Source of the DNA: Brevundimonas sp.
GTDB taxonomy: Bacteria; Pseudomonadota; Alphaproteobacteria; Caulobacterales; Caulobacteraceae
Assembly (NCBI RefSeq): GCF_036400995.1
Contig: NZ_DASWWG010000017.1
Coordinates: forward strand, 5,799-69,798
Direction of reading: 5' to 3'
DNA length: 64,000 nt
Under the pieces are notes generated by a model that worked only from the letters and a program-made list of their open reading frames with translations, was not told where the DNA came from and did not search any database. The translations under genes were made by a program, and so were the position numbers. Of this stretch, positions 55,871 through 64,000 are shown in pieces. Numbering within the stretch: the first letter of the stretch is position 1; every line of letters begins with the position of its first letter.

Positions 55871-57987
55871 CAGACCATCCCCAGAAGCGTATCGTACATG
55901 TCCTTGGCCGCCTGGATCAGGCGGGCGGAGGCGTTGAAGGCCTGCTGATAGGTGGTCATCAGCACCAGCTCCTCGTCGAGATTGACCCCCTCATGGGAGG
56001 TCCGGCGTGCGCTCGCCTCCGAATAGAGGGCCTCCGAGCTGTCCTTGCGGTTCTTGGCGGCCGAGGCCTTGCCGCCGATGTCGCCCGCCAGTTCGGAGGC
56101 GTAGCGCGAGACCGAAATCTGCCCGCCGATCGAGTCGCCGGCGCCCTGGAAGTTCGCCGACCGCTCACCCGCGTCCGCCAGCAGGAGCGCGCCCCGGCCG
56201 TCGCCGGCGCTGAGCGCGGGCGTTCCGGCCGCCGCGGCCAGGTTCAGCTGGCCCAGCGCCAGCTTGGAAGGGCTCTGACGAATGTCGGTGCGCAGGCTGA
56301 ACCCTTCCGCGCGCGACACCCGCACGCCCGTGCCGATGCCGAACATCTCGGTCACCGTGACCCCGGACGGCACCTGGCTGGTGTTGTCGTTCAGCACGCT
56401 CATCTTCGGCGGCGGATTGCCGAGGCCGGTGAAGGTCAGCGCGCCGTCGGCGCCCAGCGTGAACTTGCCGTAGGCCCCGACCCCGGTCGCCGGGTCGTTC
56501 AGGGCGTTGAGCAGGTCCCCGACCGTGCCGCCCGCCGGAACCGCCACCTGGATATCCCGGATCCGGGCCCCGGCCTCGTTGGCGAAGCGGAAGGTCATGG
56601 TCTCGCCGGCGGTGAAGCCGTGCGGCGACGTCAGGGTCAGCCCCGTATCGTACAGCGCCGGACGGTCCGTCGAGATCAGGTCGTTCAGGCCGAAATAGTG
56701 CGAGAAGCCGCGGCCGGCCTTGTTCGAAGGCGTCGTGGCGTCGTCGGCGATGGCGATGCCGTTGGCGGCGTTGGAGGCCACGATCGACAGCTTGCCGTCG
56801 GTGAACTGGGCGGTGGCCGCGCCGCCCAGCTGGGCGTTCAGGGTGGCCAGGAAGGTCGTCGGATCGGCGGCGACGCCGTTCACGGTCATGGTCGCGCCGC
56901 TGAAGACGATGTCGACGCGCTGCTGGATCACGCCGGCGCTGTTGGTCACCGCGATGGTGGTCTGGCCGGTGAAGCCCGCCAGTGCGCTTTCCAGCGACTG
57001 GCCGACGTTGCGGCCGTCCAGCCGGTTCGGCGGCGGCATGGCCGTGTTGGCGTTGTGGGCGCGGTTCAGCTCGTCGGCCACATGGGTGATCAGCTCAGCC
57101 AGACGGGCGGCCGCCGCGGGCGCCTCGACATCGCGCAGCTCGACCAGCCCCTTGATCTCGCCGGAGGTGACGCTGTCCATCACGGAGTGTTTGGTGCCGC
57201 CCGGCTCGGTGATCCAGACGTCGTTGAAGTTGGTCTCGCCGGTCACGGTGCCCGCGCGCGTATAGGACAGCGTCGCCGCCCCCTCGCCCGCCAGCAGGGC
57301 GCCGCTGCCGGTCCGGATCGACACGCCGCCGATGGTCCGCGCCGTGACCTTCAGGTCCATGACCTGCGCCAGCTGGTCGATCAGCGCCGCCTGCGCCGTC
57401 TCCGCGCCGGACGCGTCGGCATTGACGACCTTGGCGCGGGAAATCTCGACGTTCAGGGCCTCGATCTGCTGGATCAGGTTGTTGGCGTTCTCGACCGCGC
57501 TCTGGATACGGCCGTCCGCATCCTCGCGAACCGCCTGGATCTGCTTGGCGATCCGCGTCGCCTCGTCGAACAGGGCCTGGGTCTTGAACAGGGCGTCCTG
57601 GCGTCGGGGCGAGGACGTCGGGTCCTCGGCGCTTGAGGCGAAGGCCGAGAAGACGCTGTCGACCTGCGAGAAGAAGCCGCTGGTGCCGCCCGGATCGCCG
57701 AACAGCGACTGGATGCGGTCGTACAGCTCATAGCGCACGCCCTGCCGCGCCGCTTCCGCCCCGGCGCTCAGGCTGGCGGCCTGCAGGAAGCGGTCGGTGG
57801 CCAGACGGATGCGCGTGACCTCGACGCCGCTGCCCACGCCCTGGCTGGACAGGGAGACCTGGTCGGCGATCTTGCGGACATAGCCGGGCGTGTTGACGTT
57901 CGCGACGTTGTCCGAGACCACCCGCAGCTGGGTCTGGGAGGCGATCAGGCCCGAGTTGGCGTTGTTCAGGATGCTGGTGACCGACAT
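55870..57987 (-). CDS. flgK: Flagellar hook-associated protein 1
   Basis: MSVTSILNNANSGLIASQTQLRVVSDNVANVNTPGYVRK. C-terminal EGVNLDEELVLMTTYQQAFNASARLIQAAKDMYDTLLGM. Confidence 0.9.
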   Translation of the reverse strand: MSVTSILNNANSGLIASQTQLRVVSDNVANVNTPGYVRKIADQVSLSSQGVGSGVEVTRIRLATDRFLQAASLSAGAEAARQGVRYELYDRIQSLFGDPGGTSGFFSQVDSVFSAFASSAEDPTSSPRRQDALFKTQALFDEATRIAKQIQAVREDADGRIQSAVENANNLIQQIEALNVEISRAKVVNADASGAETAQAALIDQLAQVMDLKVTARTIGGVSIRTGSGALLAGEGAATLSYTRAGTVTGETNFNDVWITEPGGTKHSVMDSVTSGEIKGLVELRDVEAPAAAARLAELITHVADELNRAHNANTAMPPPNRLDGRNVGQSLESALAGFTGQTTIAVTNSAGVIQQRVDIVFSGATMTVNGVAADPTTFLATLNAQLGGAATAQFTDGKLSIVASNAANGIAIADDATTPSNKAGRGFSHYFGLNDLISTDRPALYDTGLTLTSPHGFTAGETMTFRFANEAGARIRDIQVAVPAGGTVGDLLNALNDPATGVGAYGKFTLGADGALTFTGLGNPPPKMSVLNDNTSQVPSGVTVTEMFGIGTGVRVSRAEGFSLRTDIRQSPSKLALGQLNLAAAAGTPALSAGDGRGALLLADAGERSANFQGAGDSIGGQISVSRYASELAGDIGGKASAAKNRKDSSEALYSEASARRTSHEGVNLDEELVLMTTYQQAFNASARLIQAAKDMYDTLLGMV

Positions 57988-58132
57988 CAGCGAACCTCCA
58001 TCACACCGGCGCCCGGCAAGGTCTGCCAGTCGCCACGCGCTTTTTGCCCGGCAGCCCGTTCAAGGCCGCAAGCCAACTCATTGTTTTTTCGCAAGATCGC
58101 GTTTCGCGTCTGGGTCATGACCGGCAAGACGC

Positions 58133-58147
58133 GCAAGGGGCGGGCCA
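58133..58147 (-). promoter_or_regulatory. Candidate sigma-54 promoter for flgKL
   Basis: The reverse strand reads TGGCCC-GCCCC-TTGC, with exact TGGCNC-N5-TTGC spacing. It lies about 145 nt upstream of the flgK start. Confidence 0.5.
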
Positions 58148-58293
58148 GACAGGCTCCCTGCCCCGCCGGACAACAGGCGCCGGGCAAGATTGGTCGTCAC
58201 GCGGCAAGTTTCGACCGGACAGCTCGCGTCAGGCGCTGTGTCATTACCACGCAAAGGTCAATGAATTCATTGCTTTAGATGGAAGTTCACGAG

Positions 58294-58308
58294 TGGCCCG
58301 CGACTTGC
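58294..58308 (+). promoter_or_regulatory. Candidate sigma-54 promoter for fliK-flgD-flgE
   Basis: TGGCCC-GCGAC-TTGC on the forward strand. An AT-rich tract (GGTCAATGAATTCATTGCTTTAGATGG, 58256-58282) lies immediately upstream. Confidence 0.55.
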
Positions 58309-58379
58309 GCCGGGCCTTCCGAATGTTCGGCGCAGCAGGCGCCCCCGTTACCCCACTCGGCGATTTCCGCCCGGACCCC

Positions 58380-60284
58380 ATGTCGACCGCCTCAGCTCTG
58401 CTGTCCATGATCGCACCCGCCGCCCCGGCGACCCCGCAAGGGTCGACGGCGGTCGACGCGTCGGCGTTCGAGGGCCTGCTGAACGCCGTCGCCGGTCCCG
58501 TGGTCGAGGGAGAAGGCGGAACCGCAGCCGCGCCCATCGTCGATGTGAGCCTCGCGGACGACGCGGCCGGGATCGAGGTCGCGGTCTCCGTCCCGGACCT
58601 GCCCGCCGCCGTGCAGCCGCTGCTGCAGATCACCGGCGCCGCCCTGTCCACGCTCGCGAGCGAGGCGGTGCACGCCCCGATCACCGTCGCCCTGAACACC
58701 CGCCCCGTCGAAGCGGACGCTGTCGAGGCCGAAGCGACCCCCGACATGGCGCCGGAAGCCCCGGTCGTCGCGCCCGCCCCGGTCCTGACCAGCCCACCGC
58801 GCGATCTGGCCCCGGCGCCCGCCGAAGAGTCGGAGACGGTCGAAGCCGGGGCCACGCCCGTCGTGGACGTCGCGCCGCTGGTGCAGCCCGCCCTCCCGAC
58901 CCCGGTCGCGGATGTCGCCGTCAAGGCGCCCGTGGCGCCCCCCGCCGACGGCAAGCGCGCCGAAGCTCCGATCGAAACCGGCCCGCAGGTTCGCCCGCAG
59001 GTGAAGGCCGAGCCCGTCGACGACGCGCAAGTCCAGCCTCTCGCACCGGTGGACACGACCGCCAAGGCCGCGCCTGCCGAGCCCCTGGTTCGTCCGGCCG
59101 AACCCGTGGCTGATGATCTGACGCGCGAACCGGCTCCGACCGACGCCGTCCGGACCTCACGCCCCACCGTCACCGACCCGCAGATCCAGCAAACCGCGCT
59201 GACGACCGGTGACGTCGTCGCGCCCGTCCAGCCCGAGCCGGTCGTCGAGCCGCTGACCCCGCCCCCGGCCCCGGACGCCACGACCAAGGCCACGACTTCG
59301 GCTCCGCTGACCCTGCCGCCGGTCACGCCTGAAGCCGCGACGAAGTCGGCGCCGGTCGCCGACAGCCGTCCGCAGACGCAGCCGCCCGTCCCGGCCGAGG
59401 TCGTCGCCGACGCCGCCGCCAAGGTGGCCGTCGCGGAGCCCCTGACCCGGCCGCAGGAGCCTGTCGCCGCTGACGCCGTCATTCCGGCGGTCACGAACAC
59501 GGACGGCAAGCCGGTTGAGACGCCGCGTCCGGTCGAGACCCCGAACCTGCGCGCCCTCGCCGAGCGGGCCTCGCGCCCGGTGGACAGCAACGCCGCCGTC
59601 GACACCGCCGCCCCGGTCGCCACCGCGACAACCACGGCCTCCGCCGAGCCGGTGGCCCAGACCGCCGCCGCGCCGTCCGCTACGCCCAAGACGCCGGCCG
59701 CCGTCGAGGCCGCCGTGTCGCCCGAGGTCGCCGCCGGTGACGACGCCGCCGCCGACCTGCCGGTCGAAGCGGCTGCTCCGGAAGCCGCGCCGTCGGCCCA
59801 GGCCGCCCAGTCGGCCCGCGAAACCCTGTCCCCGACCCTGTCGCGGACCGCGATCGAGGCCACGGCCCAGATCGCCGCCCAGATCCTCAAGAAGCTCGAC
59901 GGCCGCACCACCCGGTTCGAGATGTCGCTGACGCCCGACGAACTGGGTCGCGTCGACATCAAGCTGGATATCGACACCGAAGGCCGGCTGGCCGCGCGTC
60001 TGGCCTTCGACAACCCGGCCGCTGCGACCGACCTGAAGGGTCGGGTGGACGAACTGCGCCGTCAGCTGGAGCAACAGGGCTTCCAGCTGTCCGAGGACGC
60101 CTTTGAATTCACCCAGCGCGACAGCGGCTCCAGCGCCTTTGATCGCGGACAGGACACCCGTCAGGGCCAGTCCCGCGCCTTCGCCGCCGCCGCCCGCCTG
60201 AACACCGAAGCCGACGCCGTCGCCCAGCCCCCCCGCTGGCAGGCGCTGTCCCTCACGCCCACGGGCGTGGATATGAAGGTCTGA
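58380..60284 (+). CDS. fliK: Flagellar hook-length control protein
   Basis: C-terminal FliK domain RFEMSLTPDELGRVDIKLDIDTEGRLAARLAFDNPAAATDLKGRVDELRRQLEQQGF. Long Pro/Ala/Val-rich central region. ATG at 58380 is chosen because the sigma-54 promoter at 58294-58308 makes the earlier in-frame starts unlikely. ATG at 58323 is the alternative. Confidence 0.7.
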   Translation: MSTASALLSMIAPAAPATPQGSTAVDASAFEGLLNAVAGPVVEGEGGTAAAPIVDVSLADDAAGIEVAVSVPDLPAAVQPLLQITGAALSTLASEAVHAPITVALNTRPVEADAVEAEATPDMAPEAPVVAPAPVLTSPPRDLAPAPAEESETVEAGATPVVDVAPLVQPALPTPVADVAVKAPVAPPADGKRAEAPIETGPQVRPQVKAEPVDDAQVQPLAPVDTTAKAAPAEPLVRPAEPVADDLTREPAPTDAVRTSRPTVTDPQIQQTALTTGDVVAPVQPEPVVEPLTPPPAPDATTKATTSAPLTLPPVTPEAATKSAPVADSRPQTQPPVPAEVVADAAAKVAVAEPLTRPQEPVAADAVIPAVTNTDGKPVETPRPVETPNLRALAERASRPVDSNAAVDTAAPVATATTTASAEPVAQTAAAPSATPKTPAAVEAAVSPEVAAGDDAAADLPVEAAAPEAAPSAQAAQSARETLSPTLSRTAIEATAQIAAQILKKLDGRTTRFEMSLTPDELGRVDIKLDIDTEGRLAARLAFDNPAAATDLKGRVDELRRQLEQQGFQLSEDAFEFTQRDSGSSAFDRGQDTRQGQSRAFAAAARLNTEADAVAQPPRWQALSLTPTGVDMKV

Positions 60285-60287
60285 TCG

Positions 60288-61010
60288 ATGGTTGATGCCG
60301 TCACCACCTCCAACGCCTCGACCCGGATCACCTCCGGCTCGGCGAGCCTGGCCTCGAACTTCGAGACCTTCCTGACGCTGCTGACCACCCAGCTGCGCAA
60401 CCAGGACCCGCTGTCGCCGCTGGATTCCAACGAGTTCACCGCCCAGCTGACCCAGATGGCCGGCGTCGAGCAGCAACTGCTGACCAACGACCTGCTGACC
60501 AGCCTGCTGGCGGCCCAGTCCGCGGGCGGTCTGGACAACGCCTCCAACTACATCGGCAAGGAAGTGACGGCCGCCTGGTCCGCCACCTCGCTGGAAGACG
60601 GCGAGGCGACCTGGACCTACGAGCTCGGCGGCACGGCCTCGGCCGTGAAGCTGCAGGTGCTGGACGGCACGGGCAAGGTTGTCTGGGAAGGCGCCGGCGA
60701 AGGCACCGGCATCGGCCTGCACGACTTCACCTGGGACGGCAAGATGACCGGCGGCGACACCGCCGAGGACGGCGGCGTCTACACGCTGAAGGTCACCGCC
60801 ACCAACGCCAACGGCGGCGCCATCGACAGCCAGACGCTGATCCGTGGCCGCGTCACCGGCGTCGAGATGTACGACGGCGCGCCGTATCTGGTGATCGGCG
60901 ACTCCGTCCTCCCGCTTTCGACCGTGATCTCGCTGAACGAGATCCGCGAACAGGCTGACAACGACGATGCGGAGAATCCGCCCGTCCCCGACGAGGAGGT
61001 GGCCGCATGA
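60288..61010 (+). CDS. flgD: Flagellar hook capping / assembly protein
   Basis: NFETFLTLLTTQLRNQDPLSPLDSNEFTAQLTQMAGVEQ, followed by a FlgD Ig-like C-terminal half. Confidence 0.9.
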   Translation: MVDAVTTSNASTRITSGSASLASNFETFLTLLTTQLRNQDPLSPLDSNEFTAQLTQMAGVEQQLLTNDLLTSLLAAQSAGGLDNASNYIGKEVTAAWSATSLEDGEATWTYELGGTASAVKLQVLDGTGKVVWEGAGEGTGIGLHDFTWDGKMTGGDTAEDGGVYTLKVTATNANGGAIDSQTLIRGRVTGVEMYDGAPYLVIGDSVLPLSTVISLNEIREQADNDDAENPPVPDEEVAA

Positions 61011-61059
61011 CGCGCTCCGCCGCCTCCCCGATGACTATTTCCATTCAAGGAGCGTTCCA

Positions 61060-62838
61060 ATGAGCCTCAACAGCGCAATGCTGGCCGGCGTCGCCGGCCT
61101 GGCCGCCAACTCCACCGCCCTGGCCGCGATTTCCCAGAACATCGCGAACGTCAACACCGTCGGCTACAAGCGGACGAACGCCGAGTTCCAGACTCTGGTC
61201 AACAGCCAGACCCGCGCCGGCGGCAGCTATTCCGCCGGTGGCGTGATGGCCAACGCCCGTTCGTTCATCAGCCAGGAAGGCCAGCTGCAGCGCACGACCG
61301 AGGCCACCGACCTGTCGATCAACGGTCAGGGCTTCTTCGTCACCACGACCCAGGCCGAGAACGTCGGCGCCACCGACACCCGCCTGTTCACCCGCGCCGG
61401 CGCCTTCCGCGTCGACAACATGGGCTATCTGAAGAACAGCGCCGGCCTGTACCTGCAGGGCTGGCCGGTGGACTCGAACGGCGAAATCGCCACCGACCCG
61501 TCGGACCTGTCGCGCCTGCGCTCGATCAACATCGGTTCGGTCGGCGGCACCGCCGAGCCGACCACCCGCGTCCAGATCAACGCCAACCTGCGCTCGACCC
61601 AGGACGTGTCGTCGGCCGCCGCCGCCAACACCTACAACAACGTGCAGGACGCGGCGGTCCCGCCGGTCGGCCACAACATGTCGGTCGCCTACAAGCGCAC
61701 CGGGCCGAACACCTATGACGTCACCATCAAGACCGGGATCACCAGCATCACCGGTTCGGCGACCTACAACGCCGCGGGCGTCCTGACCGGCTTCACCCCC
61801 GCGTCCGGAACCAACGGCTCGGCCACGGCCACCGGCACCGCCATCACCATCACCCCGACCAGCGGCACCCCGCCGGTCGCCGGCACGGCCTTCGACATCA
61901 ACTTCGCCGACATCGGCATGGCCAACGACGGCATCGCCCGGACCAAGTACGATCCGACCGTCAACTCGATGGCGATGTACGACGCCGACGACGACAACCC
62001 GGTCGGCGTGAAGCCCGACTTCAAGATGAACATCCCGGTCTCGGATTCGAAGGGCGGCCAGCGCAACCTGGAAATCCGCTTCCTGAAGAGCGCCGAGCCG
62101 AACCAGTGGTATGCGGAAGTCGTCTCCGTCCCGGCAGAGGACGTCGTCACCGGCGCCCCCTACACCAACGGCCAGATCAAGACCGGCCTGATCGCCTTCA
62201 CCCCCTCGGGCCGCCTCGACATCGAGACCATGCAGAGCTGGCCGGCCGGCACGGGCCTGTTCGACGACCCGACCCAGGCGTCGCTGAGCTTCCTGGAATC
62301 GGACCCGAGCAACACGATCGATCCGAACGATCCGCTGGACAACGGCAAGGTCAAATGGGCCGACGGCCTGGGCATCGCCGCCCAGACGGTGACCCTGGAC
62401 CTGAACACCTCGGCGGGCGGCCTCAGCCAGCTGAACACCGCCTCGGTGGTGCAGTCGACCGTCACCAACGGCACGGCCTTCGGCAACCTGAGCGAAATCA
62501 CCATCGATGAAGGCGGCTTCGTCACCGCCATCTTCGACAACGGCGTCATGCGCCGGATCGCCCAGGTCGCCATCGCGACCTTCCCGAGCCCCGACAGCCT
62601 GCGGGAAGTCAGCGGCAACGCCTACTCGGTCAGCCTGGAGTCCGGCACCTTCAACCTGAAGGCCGCGGGCACGGGCGGCGCGGGCCTGCTGGCCTCGCAG
62701 CAGCTGGAATCCTCGACCGTCGACCTGTCGGCCGAGTTCACCGGCCTGATCACGACCCAGCGGGCCTACTCCGCCTCGTCGAAGATCATCACGACCGCTG
62801 ATGAGATGCTCGCCGAGCTGATCAACATCAAACGCTGA
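61060..62838 (+). CDS. flgE: Flagellar hook protein
   Basis: ATG at 61060 with an AAGGAG Shine-Dalgarno. MSLNSAMLAGVAGLAANSTALAAISQNIANVNTVGYKR. C-terminal LESSTVDLSAEFTGLITTQRAYSASSKIITTADEMLAELINIKR. Confidence 0.9.
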   Translation: MSLNSAMLAGVAGLAANSTALAAISQNIANVNTVGYKRTNAEFQTLVNSQTRAGGSYSAGGVMANARSFISQEGQLQRTTEATDLSINGQGFFVTTTQAENVGATDTRLFTRAGAFRVDNMGYLKNSAGLYLQGWPVDSNGEIATDPSDLSRLRSINIGSVGGTAEPTTRVQINANLRSTQDVSSAAAANTYNNVQDAAVPPVGHNMSVAYKRTGPNTYDVTIKTGITSITGSATYNAAGVLTGFTPASGTNGSATATGTAITITPTSGTPPVAGTAFDINFADIGMANDGIARTKYDPTVNSMAMYDADDDNPVGVKPDFKMNIPVSDSKGGQRNLEIRFLKSAEPNQWYAEVVSVPAEDVVTGAPYTNGQIKTGLIAFTPSGRLDIETMQSWPAGTGLFDDPTQASLSFLESDPSNTIDPNDPLDNGKVKWADGLGIAAQTVTLDLNTSAGGLSQLNTASVVQSTVTNGTAFGNLSEITIDEGGFVTAIFDNGVMRRIAQVAIATFPSPDSLREVSGNAYSVSLESGTFNLKAAGTGGAGLLASQQLESSTVDLSAEFTGLITTQRAYSASSKIITTADEMLAELINIKR

Positions 62839-62932
62839 TACCGGGGTAACTGACGGTTAGTCTCAATGAAGACTTCGTTGAATATTGGGGGCGTGGACGG
62901 AGGGGATTTTATCCTTTCCTTCACCACGACGC

Positions 62933-62947
62933 TTAAACGGCCCTTAG
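62933..62947 (+). promoter_or_regulatory. CtrA-box-like motif upstream of sciP
   Basis: TTAA-ACGGCCC-TTAG (TTAA-N7-TTAA type, one mismatch), 40-54 nt upstream of the ATG at 62987. TTAA is rare in this GC-rich window. Confidence 0.45.
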
Positions 62948-62986
62948 CGGCCCAGCGCTACCTTGCACGCTCAATGGTGGTGGTGA

Positions 62987-63286
62987 ATGAGGCATAAGCC
63001 CATGTTGCAAGAGCGACGCCTTAACAGTCGAGGCGAACAATATGTGGTCGGACCGACCGGCACGCCGCTGACGCTGCGTGACCTGCCCCCGGCCAATACG
63101 GATCGCTGGGTGATCCGTCGCAAGGCCGAGGTGGTCGCCGCTGTCCGCGGGGGTCTGATCAGCCTGGAGGACGCCCTGGCCCGTTATCGTCTGACGGCCG
63201 AGGAGTTCATCGCCTGGCAGAAGGCGATCGACAAATGGGGCATGCAGGGTCTGCGGACCACGCGTATCCAGCACTATCGCGGCTAG
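62987..63286 (+). CDS. sciP: DUF1153-type small helix-turn-helix protein, SciP-like (CtrA inhibitor)
   Basis: 99 aa. MRHKPMLQERRLNSRGEQYVVGPTGTPLTLRDLPPANTDRWVIRRKAEVVAAVRGGLISLEDALARYRLTAEEFIAWQKAIDKWGMQGLRTTRIQHYR. It lies immediately downstream of flgE, which from memory is where sciP sits in C. crescentus. Confidence 0.7.
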   Translation: MRHKPMLQERRLNSRGEQYVVGPTGTPLTLRDLPPANTDRWVIRRKAEVVAAVRGGLISLEDALARYRLTAEEFIAWQKAIDKWGMQGLRTTRIQHYRG

Positions 63287-63311
63287 AAATCTCCCCGCGT
63301 AACGCCTGCAG

Positions 63312-63346
63312 CGGCCGCTCCGGAAACGGGGCGGCCGTTGTCGTTT
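63312..63346 (+). terminator. Rho-independent terminator after sciP
   Basis: CGGCCGCTCCG-GAAA-CGGGGCGGCCG forms an 11-bp stem (one G-U pair) with a GAAA tetraloop, followed by TTGTCGTTT. Confidence 0.65.
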
Positions 63347-63371
63347 CGGGGCGCCGTGTTAATCTCCCGGC

Positions 63372-63617
63372 ATGACCATGGTCTCCGTCGAACTCGATGA
63401 CCGCATGGAAGCCTTCGTGGATGAGAAGGTTCGATCCGGTGCGTTTACCGACCGGGCCGAAGTGCTGATCAAGGCCTTGGGCGACATGGAGCGTCAGGAG
63501 TCTCTGGGCCGCGCCTTCGACGAGGCCCTTCAGGAAGGTCTGGATGATGTGGCCGCCGGTCGCGTGATGGAGATCGACGACATCCCATCGTGGATCGACG
63601 GTATCGGTCGCGACTGA
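63372..63617 (+). CDS. parD: ParD-family type II antitoxin
   Basis: 81 aa. VSVELDDRMEAFVDEKVRSGAFTDRAEVLIKALGDMERQE is the ParD pattern. It ends 3 nt before the toxin gene. Confidence 0.75.
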   Translation: MTMVSVELDDRMEAFVDEKVRSGAFTDRAEVLIKALGDMERQESLGRAFDEALQEGLDDVAAGRVMEIDDIPSWIDGIGRD

Positions 63618-63620
63618 CCC

Positions 63621-63956
63621 TTGGCGACGCTTCGGCTGACCGCCCGCGCCCGCCGCGACATCGACGCCATCCTGAGGCGCAGCAATACAGTCTTTGGTGA
63701 AGACGCGGCAGAACGCTACCGCACCCTGCTGATCCGGGCGCTCCAGGACGTCCGCACCGATCCCCTTTGCCCCGGCGTTCGTCTCGTCCACACGCGCAGA
63801 CAGCCCGTCCTCCTCTACGCGCTGAAAAGCGTCCGCGCGCCCATCGCTCCGGTACGAGAACCCCGGCATTTCCTCGCTTTTCAGCACATGGACGGCGTGG
63901 TCACTGTGTTGCGCGTCCTGCACGAGCGTATGGATTTGCCTGCTCATCTGCGCTGA
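63621..63956 (+). CDS. parE: ParE / RelE-family type II toxin
   Basis: 111 aa, TTG start. LRLTARARRDIDAILRRSNTVFGEDAAERYRTLLIRALQDV and C-terminal VTVLRVLHERMDL are typical of ParE. Confidence 0.75.
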   Translation: MATLRLTARARRDIDAILRRSNTVFGEDAAERYRTLLIRALQDVRTDPLCPGVRLVHTRRQPVLLYALKSVRAPIAPVREPRHFLAFQHMDGVVTVLRVLHERMDLPAHLR

Positions 63957-64000
63957 CGCCTCGAAATCGCGCGCATCACCCCCTAAATGGCGCCCATGAC

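Noticed and set aside
58012-58029. CTGGCAGACCTTGCC on the reverse strand as the flgK sigma-54 promoter.
   Set aside because: TGGC and TTGC are separated by 5 nt rather than 7, so the GG-to-GC spacing is wrong. The element at 58133-58147 has the correct spacing.
63207-63947. A 246-aa reverse-strand ORF covering the parDE region.
   Set aside because: It has no recognisable motifs, and it overlaps two forward-strand genes with clear ParD and ParE patterns as well as the sciP terminator.

Overview
This GC-rich window looks like an ordinary chromosomal segment of a Caulobacterales-type alphaproteobacterium (Brevundimonas or Caulobacter-like). That placement rests on a flgL-flgK / fliK-flgD-flgE hook cluster driven by divergent sigma-54 promoters, a sciP-like gene beside flgE, GTTC-N7-GTTC and TTAA-N7-TTAA-type motifs, and dense short GC-rich palindromes between genes. 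I support about 50 protein-coding genes and one tRNA-Lys(CUU). I found no rRNA, CRISPR array, transposase or integrase.

Gene content from left to right:
- dctA / dctBD C4-dicarboxylate module
- ROK fructokinase
- cysD-cysNC
- a 1860-aa secreted nuclease-like RTX giant
- low-affinity iron permease, secreted amidase and a DPP-IV-like S9 peptidase
- fpr and chorismate mutase
- an APC permease translationally coupled to a single-domain Hpt protein
- tRNA-Lys
- GH92 and GH47 alpha-mannosidases flanking an orphan histidine kinase
- the four-gene ATP-grasp / alpha-E / transglutaminase / Anbu operon
- a TonB-dependent receptor with PhoD
- a second S9 peptidase
- a long same-strand run of cfa-like methyltransferase, DUF2177, two SGNH proteins, MBOAT and a small membrane protein
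- scoA and scoB, split by a four-helix-bundle gene
- an Mla/MCE-type ABC transporter
- a radical-SAM gene plus a DUF4130-UDG fusion gene
- the flagellar hook genes, sciP and parDE

Nothing here is demonstrably a brand-new system from sequence alone. The best candidates for follow-up are:
1. The radical-SAM / DUF4130-UDG pair, which carries a perfect alphaproteobacterial SOS box at its start codon.
2. The Anbu operon, whose function is unknown.
3. The four-helix-bundle cassette, flanked by G-tract and C-tract inverted arms, inserted between scoA and scoB.
4. The MBOAT plus two-SGNH envelope O-acetylation-like operon.
5. The ExeM/NucH-like nuclease fused to Calx-beta and RTX modules.
6. A family of nested palindromic intergenic elements.

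All functional calls come from reading motifs by eye. No searches were run.
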